Positions 18,539 through 25,485 of a stretch of 27,432 bases of DNA are shown piece by piece. Origin of the DNA: a virus. Taxonomy: Duplodnaviria > Caudoviricetes. The translations under genes were made by a program, and so were the position numbers. The notes beneath the pieces were generated by a model. That model saw only the letters and a list, made by a program, of their open reading frames with translations. It was not told the DNA's origin and did not search any database. The stretch's first letter is position 1; every line of letters starts with the position of its first letter. The stretch is from positions 1 to 27,432 of IMG/VR virus record IMGVR_UViG_3300012952_000101. One strand, given 5' to 3'.

Positions 18539-18930
18539 TACTTTTTTATTTTTTCAAACGACCTTCCTCCAAAGTAAGCTCCAATTACAGTTATTAAAAC
18601 TATTTCTAATAAAGACGTCCATTTTTCTTCCACTACAAACTTAATAGATCCAGCGTCAATAAATATCATTAAGACAGTGCATACAACTAAAAATATTAAC
18701 ACCATAGGTCTAACATTTTTACTTAACCAGGAATCGCTGGTCATATCGTGCCTCCATCTTTCTGTTACATTTTTTTGAATCTCAGCCTCCGCCTCAATTA
18801 TAACCTTTTCCATTTCCATTTCAAAAGCAGCCTTTTCATCTTTAGTATGAATAAACTTATCAGCAATTCCTGCTACTTTACCAGCTATATCTAAAGCTCC
18901 TTCTCCTAATATTTTATTTAATATACTCAT
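18538..18930 (-). CDS. Holin (3TM/GTA-holin-like)
   Basis: 'DMTSDSWLSKNVRP' followed by hydrophobic segments and 'AYFGGRSFEK'. Confidence 0.8.
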   Translation of the reverse strand: MSILNKILGEGALDIAGKVAGIADKFIHTKDEKAAFEMEMEKVIIEAEAEIQKNVTERWRHDMTSDSWLSKNVRPMVLIFLVVCTVLMIFIDAGSIKFVVEEKWTSLLEIVLITVIGAYFGGRSFEKIKK

Positions 18931-19136
18931 GATTTCTTTCTTATGTATTCTAATATAATGTCTATTTTCTTTTTTACTTCTTCCATGTCTGCTGCATTTT
19001 TTTCATGGTATTTTGAAAACTGTCCTTTTACTTCGTATATACTAAAAACAAAAAATTTATACAAAGCATATAAAGCGCCTAATAATAATATTAATGGCAA
19101 ACCGTATCCGTCTATTAATTTTAAAATATCTTCCAT
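18927..19136 (-). CDS. Small single-TM membrane protein
   Basis: Hydrophobic GLPLILLLGALYALYKFFVF then a short coiled coil; lies in the lysis region. Confidence 0.7.
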   Translation of the reverse strand: MEDILKLIDGYGLPLILLLGALYALYKFFVFSIYEVKGQFSKYHEKNAADMEEVKKKIDIILEYIRKKS

Positions 19137-19426
19137 TAGTATTTTCCTCTTCTATTTTTAGGACTTGACTTTGTAGAACCTCCTTTTCCTGCCCATAGTT
19201 TTTTGCACGACCAGTATCGAGCTGTTAGTTTTGATTTAGCCGTACCACATTTATGTCTTGCTTTAAAAGATTTTCTGGCAGCGGAAGAATAATTATGACC
19301 ATATCCTTTAGCTCCGAAGTGAATTAACTTTTCTTTACCCCCCTCACACGCTTTAACCATCTTCTTTTTACCTGGACGGTCAGAAGCTACAACTCGGTTA
19401 CATTTCATTCTGCTTTTTTCGGCCAT
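19136..19426 (-). CDS. Basic Cys/His-containing phage protein (RKSFxARHxC...ARYWSC family)
   Basis: 96 aa with a motif I recognise as widespread in environmental phages; function unknown. Confidence 0.8.
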   Translation of the reverse strand: MAEKSRMKCNRVVASDRPGKKKMVKACEGGKEKLIHFGAKGYGHNYSSAARKSFKARHKCGTAKSKLTARYWSCKKLWAGKGGSTKSSPKNRRGKY

Positions 19427-19557
19427 TACTTTTTCTTTTTAGCTTTAGGCTTTATAAACTTTATCATCTTGTCTATTCTCACAGCTTGACTTTTGTGCAT
19501 AGCTGAAGCTTTTTTTAATTCTGAAGCTATTTTTTTTAATTTGTTTTTATCTATCAT
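19426..19557 (-). CDS. 43-aa basic micro-protein
   Basis: Hand translation MIDKNKLKKIASELKKASAMHKSQAVRIDKMIKFIKPKAKKKK; coupled at both ends (ATGA, TAATG). Confidence 0.75.
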   Translation of the reverse strand: MIDKNKLKKIASELKKASAMHKSQAVRIDKMIKFIKPKAKKKK

Positions 19558-19670
19558 TTTTTACTACAACATTCTTTTTTAGTTTCTTTGTCTGTATCAC
19601 ACTTTTCTGCAACTTTAGTAGAAGCACAAGCTGAACAAAATAATAATATTACTAATAAAATTCTAATCAT
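19554..19670 (-). CDS. 38-aa putative lipoprotein
   Basis: Hand translation MIRILLVILLFCSACASTKVAEKCDTDKETKKECCSKK: signal peptide with lipobox-like Cys; ATGA overlaps at both ends. Confidence 0.7.
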   Translation of the reverse strand: MIRILLVILLFCSACASTKVAEKCDTDKETKKECCSKK

Positions 19671-19819
19671 TTTTTCTTAGGTAGTGATTTAATTTTTCCA
19701 TTTTCTGTTCTTGCGTATCGGTGAGTTTTAGTTTCTTTACTGGGTATTAATGTGCCACAGTATTTTCCTTTACCATACTCCCAACATACTTTTTTTCCTG
19801 TTCTTCCTTTTTTTGCCAT
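19667..19819 (-). CDS. 50-aa basic protein (MAKKGRTGKK...)
   Basis: Start re-assigned to ATG 19819, 1 nt after the endolysin stop. Confidence 0.75.
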   Translation of the reverse strand: MAKKGRTGKKVCWEYGKGKYCGTLIPSKETKTHRYARTENGKIKSLPKKK

Positions 19820-19820
19820 A

Positions 19821-20186
19821 TCAATATAACCAAATTGCGTCAGGCTTATCAGAATCGTTGTCCACATGTATGAAGGATTTTGCGATCCCCAACCTTGTAA
19901 ACCCGACATTAATCAAAGCTCTAACTATTAAACTTCTTTTAGATGAACTTGTGCATGAAATATCCGCAGCACACCCTTTTAGATGCGAACTATTTTTAGA
20001 GGCCTTGTATCCTCTTTTTAATAAATCTTTATTGTAAGCTTCTGTACGAAATCCTGATGTTATTTTGAAAGGAGTCCCCGACTCTTCTCTTGCAAAGTCT
20101 AAAAGCTCTAAAAAGTCATGCCTCATGTTTTTACCAGAACCTGGCTCATCTGGCGAATCAAATTCTTTGTAGGTAAAATATTTCAT
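19821..20186 (-). CDS. Peptidase M15A-family endolysin
   Basis: ITSGFR, SSHLKGCAAD (SxHxxGxAxD) and FIHVD Zn-binding motifs. Confidence 0.9.
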   Translation of the reverse strand: MKYFTYKEFDSPDEPGSGKNMRHDFLELLDFAREESGTPFKITSGFRTEAYNKDLLKRGYKASKNSSHLKGCAADISCTSSSKRSLIVRALINVGFTRLGIAKSFIHVDNDSDKPDAIWLY

Positions 20187-20188
20187 GA

Positions 20189-20344
20189 TTACTTTGTTTT
20201 CTTTATAAACTTATATATTGTAAATGCTATTGCTAACGAAAGGGAAACAAACTGAAGTATTTCATTAGCCTGCATTAAAGTTAATCCTAAAGCTCCCCCG
20301 TTGGCAGCTACTACTTCTACTGTGTCTTTCATTTCAGTTCTCAT
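20189..20344 (-). CDS. 51-aa membrane protein (holin-like)
   Basis: Hand translation MRTEMKDTVEVVAANGGALGLTLMQANEILQFVSLSLAIAFTIYKFIKKTK, immediately upstream of the endolysin. Confidence 0.7.
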   Translation of the reverse strand: MRTEMKDTVEVVAANGGALGLTLMQANEILQFVSLSLAIAFTIYKFIKKTK

Positions 20345-20417
20345 TTTTTAAAGGATAAGTGGACGTTTGTACAAATTCTATTTTCCTTTTGTATGTTGAT
20401 GTTTGATACCAATTCAT
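20334..20417 (-). CDS. 27-aa micro-ORF, possibly leaderless
   Basis: MNWYQTSTYKRKIEFVQTSTYPLKNEN; ATG 5 nt from the TATATTTG element; overlaps the next start. Confidence 0.45.
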   Translation of the reverse strand: MNWYQTSTYKRKIEFVQTSTYPLKNEN

Positions 20418-20420
20418 AAA

Positions 20421-20430
20421 TGCAAATATA
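20421..20430 (-). promoter_or_regulatory. -7 promoter element TATATTTGCA for the lysis region
   Basis: Intergenic TAnnTTTGYA. Confidence 0.65.
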
Positions 20431-20435
20431 ATAAA

Positions 20436-20711
20436 TTATTTCATTGATCCCATAGCCCAAGGCTTAGTAGCCTTAGTAGCCTCTCTAACCCCTTCACTTT
20501 TTTTATGAAGCTCGCTGTGGGCTTTACCCGCTCTTTTAGCTAAGTTCATAACGGTCTTGACTGGAGAAGGAGGGGATCCTGCTTTTACTAACCTCTTTTT
20601 TTCACTGTCAGTTAGGGCTCTTACTTGGGCTCCTTTATTATTGCTACGCTTTTCGTTTTTTTTCTGGTTCCGATGTTTTTTGTCGGTTTTATTTTTATTA
20701 TTTGTAGGCAT
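20436..20711 (-). CDS. Basic, low-complexity hypothetical protein
   Basis: 91 aa K/N/R-rich ORF. Confidence 0.7.
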   Translation of the reverse strand: MPTNNKNKTDKKHRNQKKNEKRSNNKGAQVRALTDSEKKRLVKAGSPPSPVKTVMNLAKRAGKAHSELHKKSEGVREATKATKPWAMGSMK

Positions 20712-20721
20712 AATTATTTTA

Positions 20722-20946
20722 TTATTCTTCTACCCATCCATTTACAGGATCAGCAATAATATCAAGCATTTCTTGATTAGTATAATGATCTTCTTTTTCT
20801 GCTATTGAAGGTATTTTATTTGCTGGAAATCCTATAATAAAAAGTGTTTGATTATTATTTTTTCTAACTGTTAAAGCTGAATCCTCTGTAACCTCATTAT
20901 AGTTTACATCATTTAAAAGCGATATGTCTAATGTGGAAAATAACAT
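20722..20946 (-). CDS. Small acidic hypothetical protein coupled to the LamG gene
   Basis: 74 aa, TAATG overlap. Confidence 0.75.
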   Translation of the reverse strand: MLFSTLDISLLNDVNYNEVTEDSALTVRKNNNQTLFIIGFPANKIPSIAEKEDHYTNQEMLDIIADPVNGWVEE

Positions 20947-21698
20947 TATGGAACATCTGTTTCAATATCAGAACTTGTCTGATTGTCCATTGTTAAATTT
21001 ATAGACCCGGCCGCATCTGTAATAGTAGGATAGGAAGCTGTTCCTGTAGGATCTCCCATTCTCCACCAGTGCTGTAAATTACCGGCAGCGCTTACAGTGC
21101 TTAAGTCTATTCCGCTTCCTCCATTATATATTTCCAAACAATCCGCGTTTGACAAATATTTATTCCATATTGCAAGCTCATCCACATTTCCCTCAAACCC
21201 ATAACTCCCTGAGTTTCTACCTACATAAGTAAATCCGGTAGTATCAAACGTTGTTGTTATGGATTGGTTTTTATTATTAAATGTACTCCCATTTAAAACA
21301 TACCCTACATTTAAACTTGCCGAAGCTCTATTTACTCTATATACAACATGAGCCCAAGTGCCAGCCGCTACTCCCCAAGTAAACCCGTCCGACCAAGGTC
21401 CTGCAAACTGTAGGTTTCCACTATTATTTATGTATAACTGTGTTTGTTGTGATCCCCCTGCTCCAAACGACCATATCCTTTGATTACCTATTCCGCTCGC
21501 AGTGTCTGCTTTTACCCAAAACGAAACACTCCAATCTCCTGTACCCCCAGCTCCTAACAAAGGGGATACGGTTAAGTTTTGAAGACCTTGGTCTACTCCG
21601 TTAAAATGTACTGAATAAAGATTGCTGAACGGTGGTGCTGATCCTGGAGGAGTCTTAACAAAGTTGTTAGCATTAGCGTTTCCTAAACCAAGTCCCAT
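20946..21698 (-). CDS. LamG/concanavalin A-like lectin domain virion protein
   Basis: 'SVHFNGVD', 'WSVSFWVK', 'WAHVV', 'FEGNVDELAIWNKYLS', 'IYNGG' and 'WWRMGD'. Confidence 0.88.
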   Translation of the reverse strand: MGLGLGNANANNFVKTPPGSAPPFSNLYSVHFNGVDQGLQNLTVSPLLGAGGTGDWSVSFWVKADTASGIGNQRIWSFGAGGSQQTQLYINNSGNLQFAGPWSDGFTWGVAAGTWAHVVYRVNRASASLNVGYVLNGSTFNNKNQSITTTFDTTGFTYVGRNSGSYGFEGNVDELAIWNKYLSNADCLEIYNGGSGIDLSTVSAAGNLQHWWRMGDPTGTASYPTITDAAGSINLTMDNQTSSDIETDVP

Positions 21699-21699
21699 A

Positions 21700-22248
21700 T
21701 TACCACATTGCTACAATATCAGAAGCAGTAGTAGTATCATCCACTCTTCTTACTTGAATCGGTAATAAGCCTGCGTTTCCAACGTTTTTATAAGTAATCT
21801 CTGCATTAGCTGGAGCAGCTGCCGCTGTAGTATTTCCATTAAGCTCTGCCATCTGAACCGTTACATCTCCTGCTGTTCCTATATATAAAGTACAACCGAT
21901 AGTTGCTTTAGTGTATATTGTTATAGCATCTGTAGCTCCTCCTGCTACCGCTTTATTTACGGTAATCTGAGTATCGCTATCTACGCTTACTACAAAGTAA
22001 CATTCCGGTGTTGCTGCTGAAGGATTATATACAATCGCTCCTATAGGAATATTCATTTCAGTAAATTTAGTGTTAGTCCCTGTTAAAACAGACCCCGCAT
22101 TTGCGGCTACCTGAAATGATGTTACTCCATCTGTTGCTGCTACCGTAGTGCTAATTAAGTTAATAGCCGTGTTAGGATCTGGAATTGGTACGTTTGCATC
22201 AGGAATAACCGCCAATGCCTCTCTTGCTTGTAATTTTTGATATGCCAT
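21700..22248 (-). CDS. Virion structural protein with an inserted beta-rich module
   Basis: MAYQKLQA...'CTLYIGTAGDVTV'...'LPIQVRRV..TTASDIVAMW', the pattern of small head/spike-base-like proteins. Confidence 0.7.
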   Translation of the reverse strand: MAYQKLQAREALAVIPDANVPIPDPNTAINLISTTVAATDGVTSFQVAANAGSVLTGTNTKFTEMNIPIGAIVYNPSAATPECYFVVSVDSDTQITVNKAVAGGATDAITIYTKATIGCTLYIGTAGDVTVQMAELNGNTTAAAAPANAEITYKNVGNAGLLPIQVRRVDDTTTASDIVAMW

Positions 22249-22260
22249 TTCTTTTTATTT

Positions 22261-22452
22261 TTATTTATCGTAAGGAAACATTCTATTTAACGTATCTTTT
22301 CTTTTTCCGCAACCACAGTCTTTACCTGTTTTTTTAGCTACAGTGTCTACAACTTTTTTGATTCCCGTCATTTTAGTAAACTTTTCAACCGTGTCTCCAA
22401 ATCCTCTGGATTTTCTTGTGGCTGGTAAGTCTTCTACTTTAGTTCTTTTCAT
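22261..22452 (-). CDS. Small basic protein with a DCGC motif
   Basis: 63 aa 'GFGDTVEKFTKMTGIKKVV...KDCGCGKRKDTLNRMFPY'. Confidence 0.8.
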   Translation of the reverse strand: MKRTKVEDLPATRKSRGFGDTVEKFTKMTGIKKVVDTVAKKTGKDCGCGKRKDTLNRMFPYDK

Positions 22453-22455
22453 TAG

Positions 22456-22596
22456 TTATTTTTTACAAGTGCATAGTTTATTAGGACATGTTTCTACAGT
22501 AAACATAACTTTAGAAATCATCCAGTTCCAATTACACTGAAATTTACACCATAAGTTAGAGATTGACTCTCCTAACCAAATTAATAATTTGCCCAT
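22456..22596 (-). CDS. 46-aa Cys/Trp-rich micro-protein
   Basis: Hand translation MGKLLIWLGESISNLWCKFQCNWNWMISKVMFTVETCPNKLCTCKK; fills the gap exactly. Confidence 0.75.
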   Translation of the reverse strand: MGKLLIWLGESISNLWCKFQCNWNWMISKVMFTVETCPNKLCTCKK

Positions 22597-22602
22597 AATT
22601 TT

Positions 22603-22812
22603 TTATTTTTTTGTACTACACCCAAAATTCTTTGCGTAATTAGCCATCTTGACTACGCTTTCAGAATACTTATCAGTCTTCTTCATAACAGCAGTTGCCG
22701 CGCTACACGCATCTTTAAATCCGTTATTCTTGGCCCATTTAGTAAATTTGCCTTCATTGGATTTTTTAATTTCAGGGAAAGCACCCTTTTTAGTTCTTCC
22801 TTTTTTTGCCAT
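22603..22812 (-). CDS. Small basic protein (MAKKGRTKK...)
   Basis: 69 aa 'GKFTKWAK...KMANYAKNF'. Confidence 0.8.
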   Translation of the reverse strand: MAKKGRTKKGAFPEIKKSNEGKFTKWAKNNGFKDACSAATAVMKKTDKYSESVVKMANYAKNFGCSTKK

Positions 22813-22814
22813 GA

Positions 22815-23024
22815 TTATTTTCTAATCGCGCCTCCGATCTTTTTCTTTACGTTGTTAATACACTCGTAAGACATATTGTGATCTCCACCATACGCATGAC
22901 CGTAATCTTTTTTAGACATTGCTTTAGACTCATCTCTACGAGATTTCATAGATTGCTTATGCTTGCCTTTGTGCTTCATTCCTAAAGACTCATCAAGTCT
23001 TGAATTGTAACCTTGCTTTTTCAT
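22815..23024 (-). CDS. Small basic protein (QGYNSRLDESLG...RRDESKAM)
   Basis: 69 aa ORF downstream of a promoter element. Confidence 0.8.
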   Translation of the reverse strand: MKKQGYNSRLDESLGMKHKGKHKQSMKSRRDESKAMSKKDYGHAYGGDHNMSYECINNVKKKIGGAIRK

Positions 23025-23046
23025 AATTTATAATTTTTTAATATTT

Positions 23047-23056
23047 TACAAAGATA
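23047..23056 (-). promoter_or_regulatory. -7 promoter element TATCTTTGTA
   Basis: Intergenic TAnnTTTG; a TTG lies 21 nt upstream (possible -33). Confidence 0.75.
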
Positions 23057-23070
23057 GTTATTTTTTTTAT

Positions 23071-23703
23071 TTACTTCCAAGTGGTATCCCATCTCTTAAT
23101 ACCTGTGGTTGCTTGCATTCTTTTTTTACGATTAGACCTTTTAAGAGCTCTTCTTTTTTGTCTATCCATTTTGGTTTTAGATCTTTTTACTCTCTTACGG
23201 CTTCTTTCCTCATTTTTAATTTTCTTAGTTACCGCATCTCCTTCTCTTTTAATAAGCTTTTTATCAGCCTTAATATTTTTATCTAAGGCTTTTTTACGAA
23301 TCTTATCTTTTCTGTCTTTTAAATCTTTTATTTTTTTGTCTCTAACTTCTTTAGTTAGTTCTTTATTGTCTTTTAAAGCGGTAATCTTAGCATTTATCTT
23401 ATCAAACTTCCCTTGCTTCTTTTCTGTTCTTTTCTTTTCTTTTTCTTTAGCTTTTTTATTTTTATTTGCCGTCTTTCCTTCTATATCATACTTCTTCAAT
23501 AGCCTTTTCTTTTCTATCTTCTCTAATCTTTCTTTATTTTTTGTTTCAGCTTTTTTCTCTTTCGCTGCTCTTTTAGTATCAATAGCTTTTTTCTCTCTTT
23601 CCTTTTTTTCTTTTTTAAGAGTAGCTGGAGACTTAATAGTGGTTTTCTTTTTTACTGTAGGCCCACCAAATGGTTTTCTATATTTCTTTTTAGGATCTGG
23701 CAT
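23071..23703 (-). CDS. Extremely Lys-rich protein
   Basis: 210 aa, about 67 Lys by hand count (~32%), helical charged pattern. Confidence 0.8.
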   Translation of the reverse strand: MPDPKKKYRKPFGGPTVKKKTTIKSPATLKKEKKEREKKAIDTKRAAKEKKAETKNKERLEKIEKKRLLKKYDIEGKTANKNKKAKEKEKKRTEKKQGKFDKINAKITALKDNKELTKEVRDKKIKDLKDRKDKIRKKALDKNIKADKKLIKREGDAVTKKIKNEERSRKRVKRSKTKMDRQKRRALKRSNRKKRMQATTGIKRWDTTWK

Positions 23704-23705
23704 AA

Positions 23706-24047
23706 TTAAGGTTTTATTTTTAATGTAGGGGTTTTAGATAAAGGAGTAGATAGATTTCTCATTTTTTTAGAAAGCGTATTATATTTCTTAGTATTTTTAG
23801 CGTCCTTTTTTTGAACACGGCTTAACTTTCGATTGGTTCTTTTTTTAACTCTCTCTATTTTCTTATATTCCTTCGTGTCCTTTAATTTGGTATTCCCACT
23901 ATACTTTCCTTTCTCAGTTTTAGTTATAGCTTTTTCCATTAGTTTATTAACCTTATCTTGAGCTTTTCCGCTTATTTTTTGCGAGCGCTTAGTGTAACGA
24001 GCTTCTTTCTTTTTATATTTTTCTAATTTCTTTTTATCGTCTGGCAT
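23706..24047 (-). CDS. Lys-rich protein
   Basis: 113 aa, MPDDKKK start, 2-nt spacing to both neighbours. Confidence 0.8.
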   Translation of the reverse strand: MPDDKKKLEKYKKKEARYTKRSQKISGKAQDKVNKLMEKAITKTEKGKYSGNTKLKDTKEYKKIERVKKRTNRKLSRVQKKDAKNTKKYNTLSKKMRNLSTPLSKTPTLKIKP

Positions 24048-24049
24048 AA

Positions 24050-24559
24050 TTAATCAAATTTTGATGGTGAAAGTGGGTTAGCTAAATCTCTAAGTCTCGT
24101 ACCTTTAGGTCCTTTTTTTGTTGTTTTTTTACGCGTCATTCTTCTTTTACTCTTCCTCCCTTCGCTCTCACGATAAATACTTCCGTCAGGATTTCTTAAC
24201 GCAGGATTTTTTGGCTTCCTTTTTGGATCTCCAGATTTAGGCTTATTAACATTAGGATTTTTTCTGTCATACTCCTTCATTTTCTCCCTTATTGTTTTCT
24301 TTTTTGTCTCTGTCCTTGGAGCTTCTTTCTTTTTTGTAGCTTCTAATTTTTTCTTTAAGGCATTTTTTCTATCCTGTTGAGCCGTAGGGTTGGCATTAAT
24401 TTTTTTCTGGATTCTTTTCTTTTTCTTTTCTTGAATCTTTGTTCTTAGTTTTTTAAGAGGGGCTCTTTTTTTACCTTCAAGTTTTTTTAACCTGTCTTCG
24501 GTCTTAGTTCTTTTTTTAACTAATTTATTAAGTTTTTCTCTGTCGGTTTTTTTTGCCAT
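24050..24559 (-). CDS. Lys/Arg-rich protein
   Basis: 169 aa, MAKKT start. Confidence 0.8.
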   Translation of the reverse strand: MAKKTDREKLNKLVKKRTKTEDRLKKLEGKKRAPLKKLRTKIQEKKKKRIQKKINANPTAQQDRKNALKKKLEATKKKEAPRTETKKKTIREKMKEYDRKNPNVNKPKSGDPKRKPKNPALRNPDGSIYRESEGRKSKRRMTRKKTTKKGPKGTRLRDLANPLSPSKFD

Positions 24560-24563
24560 GATT

Positions 24564-24971
24564 TTATAATTTATCTTTGTTAATAGCGTCTTTATATCTT
24601 CTTGTTACGGTTTTCTCTCCTCTGTTATAATGAGTTGTTTTAATCTTAAACTTTCCTTTCTTAGGTCCAAATCTAACTTTACGTTGTGTACGCTTTGTCA
24701 TTTGATTTCCATCATCAAACACAATTTTTTCTCTACGCATCTTTTCCTTACCCGCCTTATCTGTCTTAGACTTAAATCTTTTTTCCCATAACTTCTTGTC
24801 TCCATAAGGGATGTCAGCAGGCTTATGACCTAAATAACCTTCGTTATATTGGCTAACTCTTTCTTTAGTAGTAGTACCTCTTCTGGTTTTCTTAACTACT
24901 TTTTTAGACTTAGCGTCTTTAACGTAATTCTTTTTAACGGTTCTCTTTTTCTTTTTCTTATCGTCTGACAT
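24564..24971 (-). CDS. Lys/Arg-rich protein
   Basis: Start re-assigned to ATG 24971 (MSDDKKKKKR). The 25004 start lies in the promoter region. Confidence 0.8.
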   Translation of the reverse strand: MSDDKKKKKRTVKKNYVKDAKSKKVVKKTRRGTTTKERVSQYNEGYLGHKPADIPYGDKKLWEKRFKSKTDKAGKEKMRREKIVFDDGNQMTKRTQRKVRFGPKKGKFKIKTTHYNRGEKTVTRRYKDAINKDKL

Positions 24972-24979
24972 AATTTTAA

Positions 24980-25001
24980 TACCTTTGTGACTGCAAAGAT
25001 A
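24980..25001. promoter_or_regulatory. Overlapping bidirectional promoter TACCTTTG-N6-CAAAGATA
   Basis: TAnnTTTG on + at 24980-24987 and on - at 24994-25001, between divergent genes. Confidence 0.65.
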
Positions 25002-25014
25002 CAAATTTAATTTA

Positions 25015-25485
25015 ATGTCAAATATAATAAGAAAGAACTACGATAGAGTTCAACCCTCACACGACTACATGAAGTATTGGAGGGTGATAAGGTATTGGGC
25101 TAAAGCCAAATACAAAGTCGGAACTCCCGATATAGATATGCTATTTTTCCTTTATAGCGAACAAATATTTAATAAAACTAAATTTAAAGAGTTTGAAGAA
25201 TGTATGTCTTGGGACGAGCCTCGATTCTATAGGCTTCTAAATCAAGGGTATATACATGTGTGGAGAAAAAGAAAGGGTAAAGAAACAACTCTTTATGAAT
25301 TATCTTATAAAGGCAAACGTATGATTAACACTATATATAAGAAGTTAAATGGAGAAGAAATAGGAGAAAGCCCTGAATATAATCCTTTATTTAGACACGA
25401 TGCTTCTTATATGGATAAGGTTTATCGTAATATGATTATAGAGATGAATAAGTTTATACGACAACAACGACATCGCGCTCAGTAA
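25015..25485 (+). CDS. Putative winged-helix (MarR-like) DNA-binding protein
   Basis: 156 aa, the only convincing + strand gene. 'DIDMLFFLY...RLLNQGYIHVW...LYELSYKGKRMI' resembles a wHTH wing plus the following helix. Confidence 0.65.
   Translation: MSNIIRKNYDRVQPSHDYMKYWRVIRYWAKAKYKVGTPDIDMLFFLYSEQIFNKTKFKEFEECMSWDEPRFYRLLNQGYIHVWRKRKGKETTLYELSYKGKRMINTIYKKLNGEEIGESPEYNPLFRHDASYMDKVYRNMIIEMNKFIRQQRHRAQ

Noticed and set aside
23081-23728. 215-aa hydrophobic + strand ORF resembling a membrane protein
   Set aside because: Antisense shadow of the Lys-rich gene (AAA/AAG read as TTT/CTT). The - strand gene fits the operon with 2-nt spacing.
24572-24579. Extra TAnnTTTG matches inside genes (24572 on +; 1852, 7416, 8660, 10875 on -)
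   Set aside because: Expected by chance in AT-rich coding DNA, and mostly not placed just upstream of a start.
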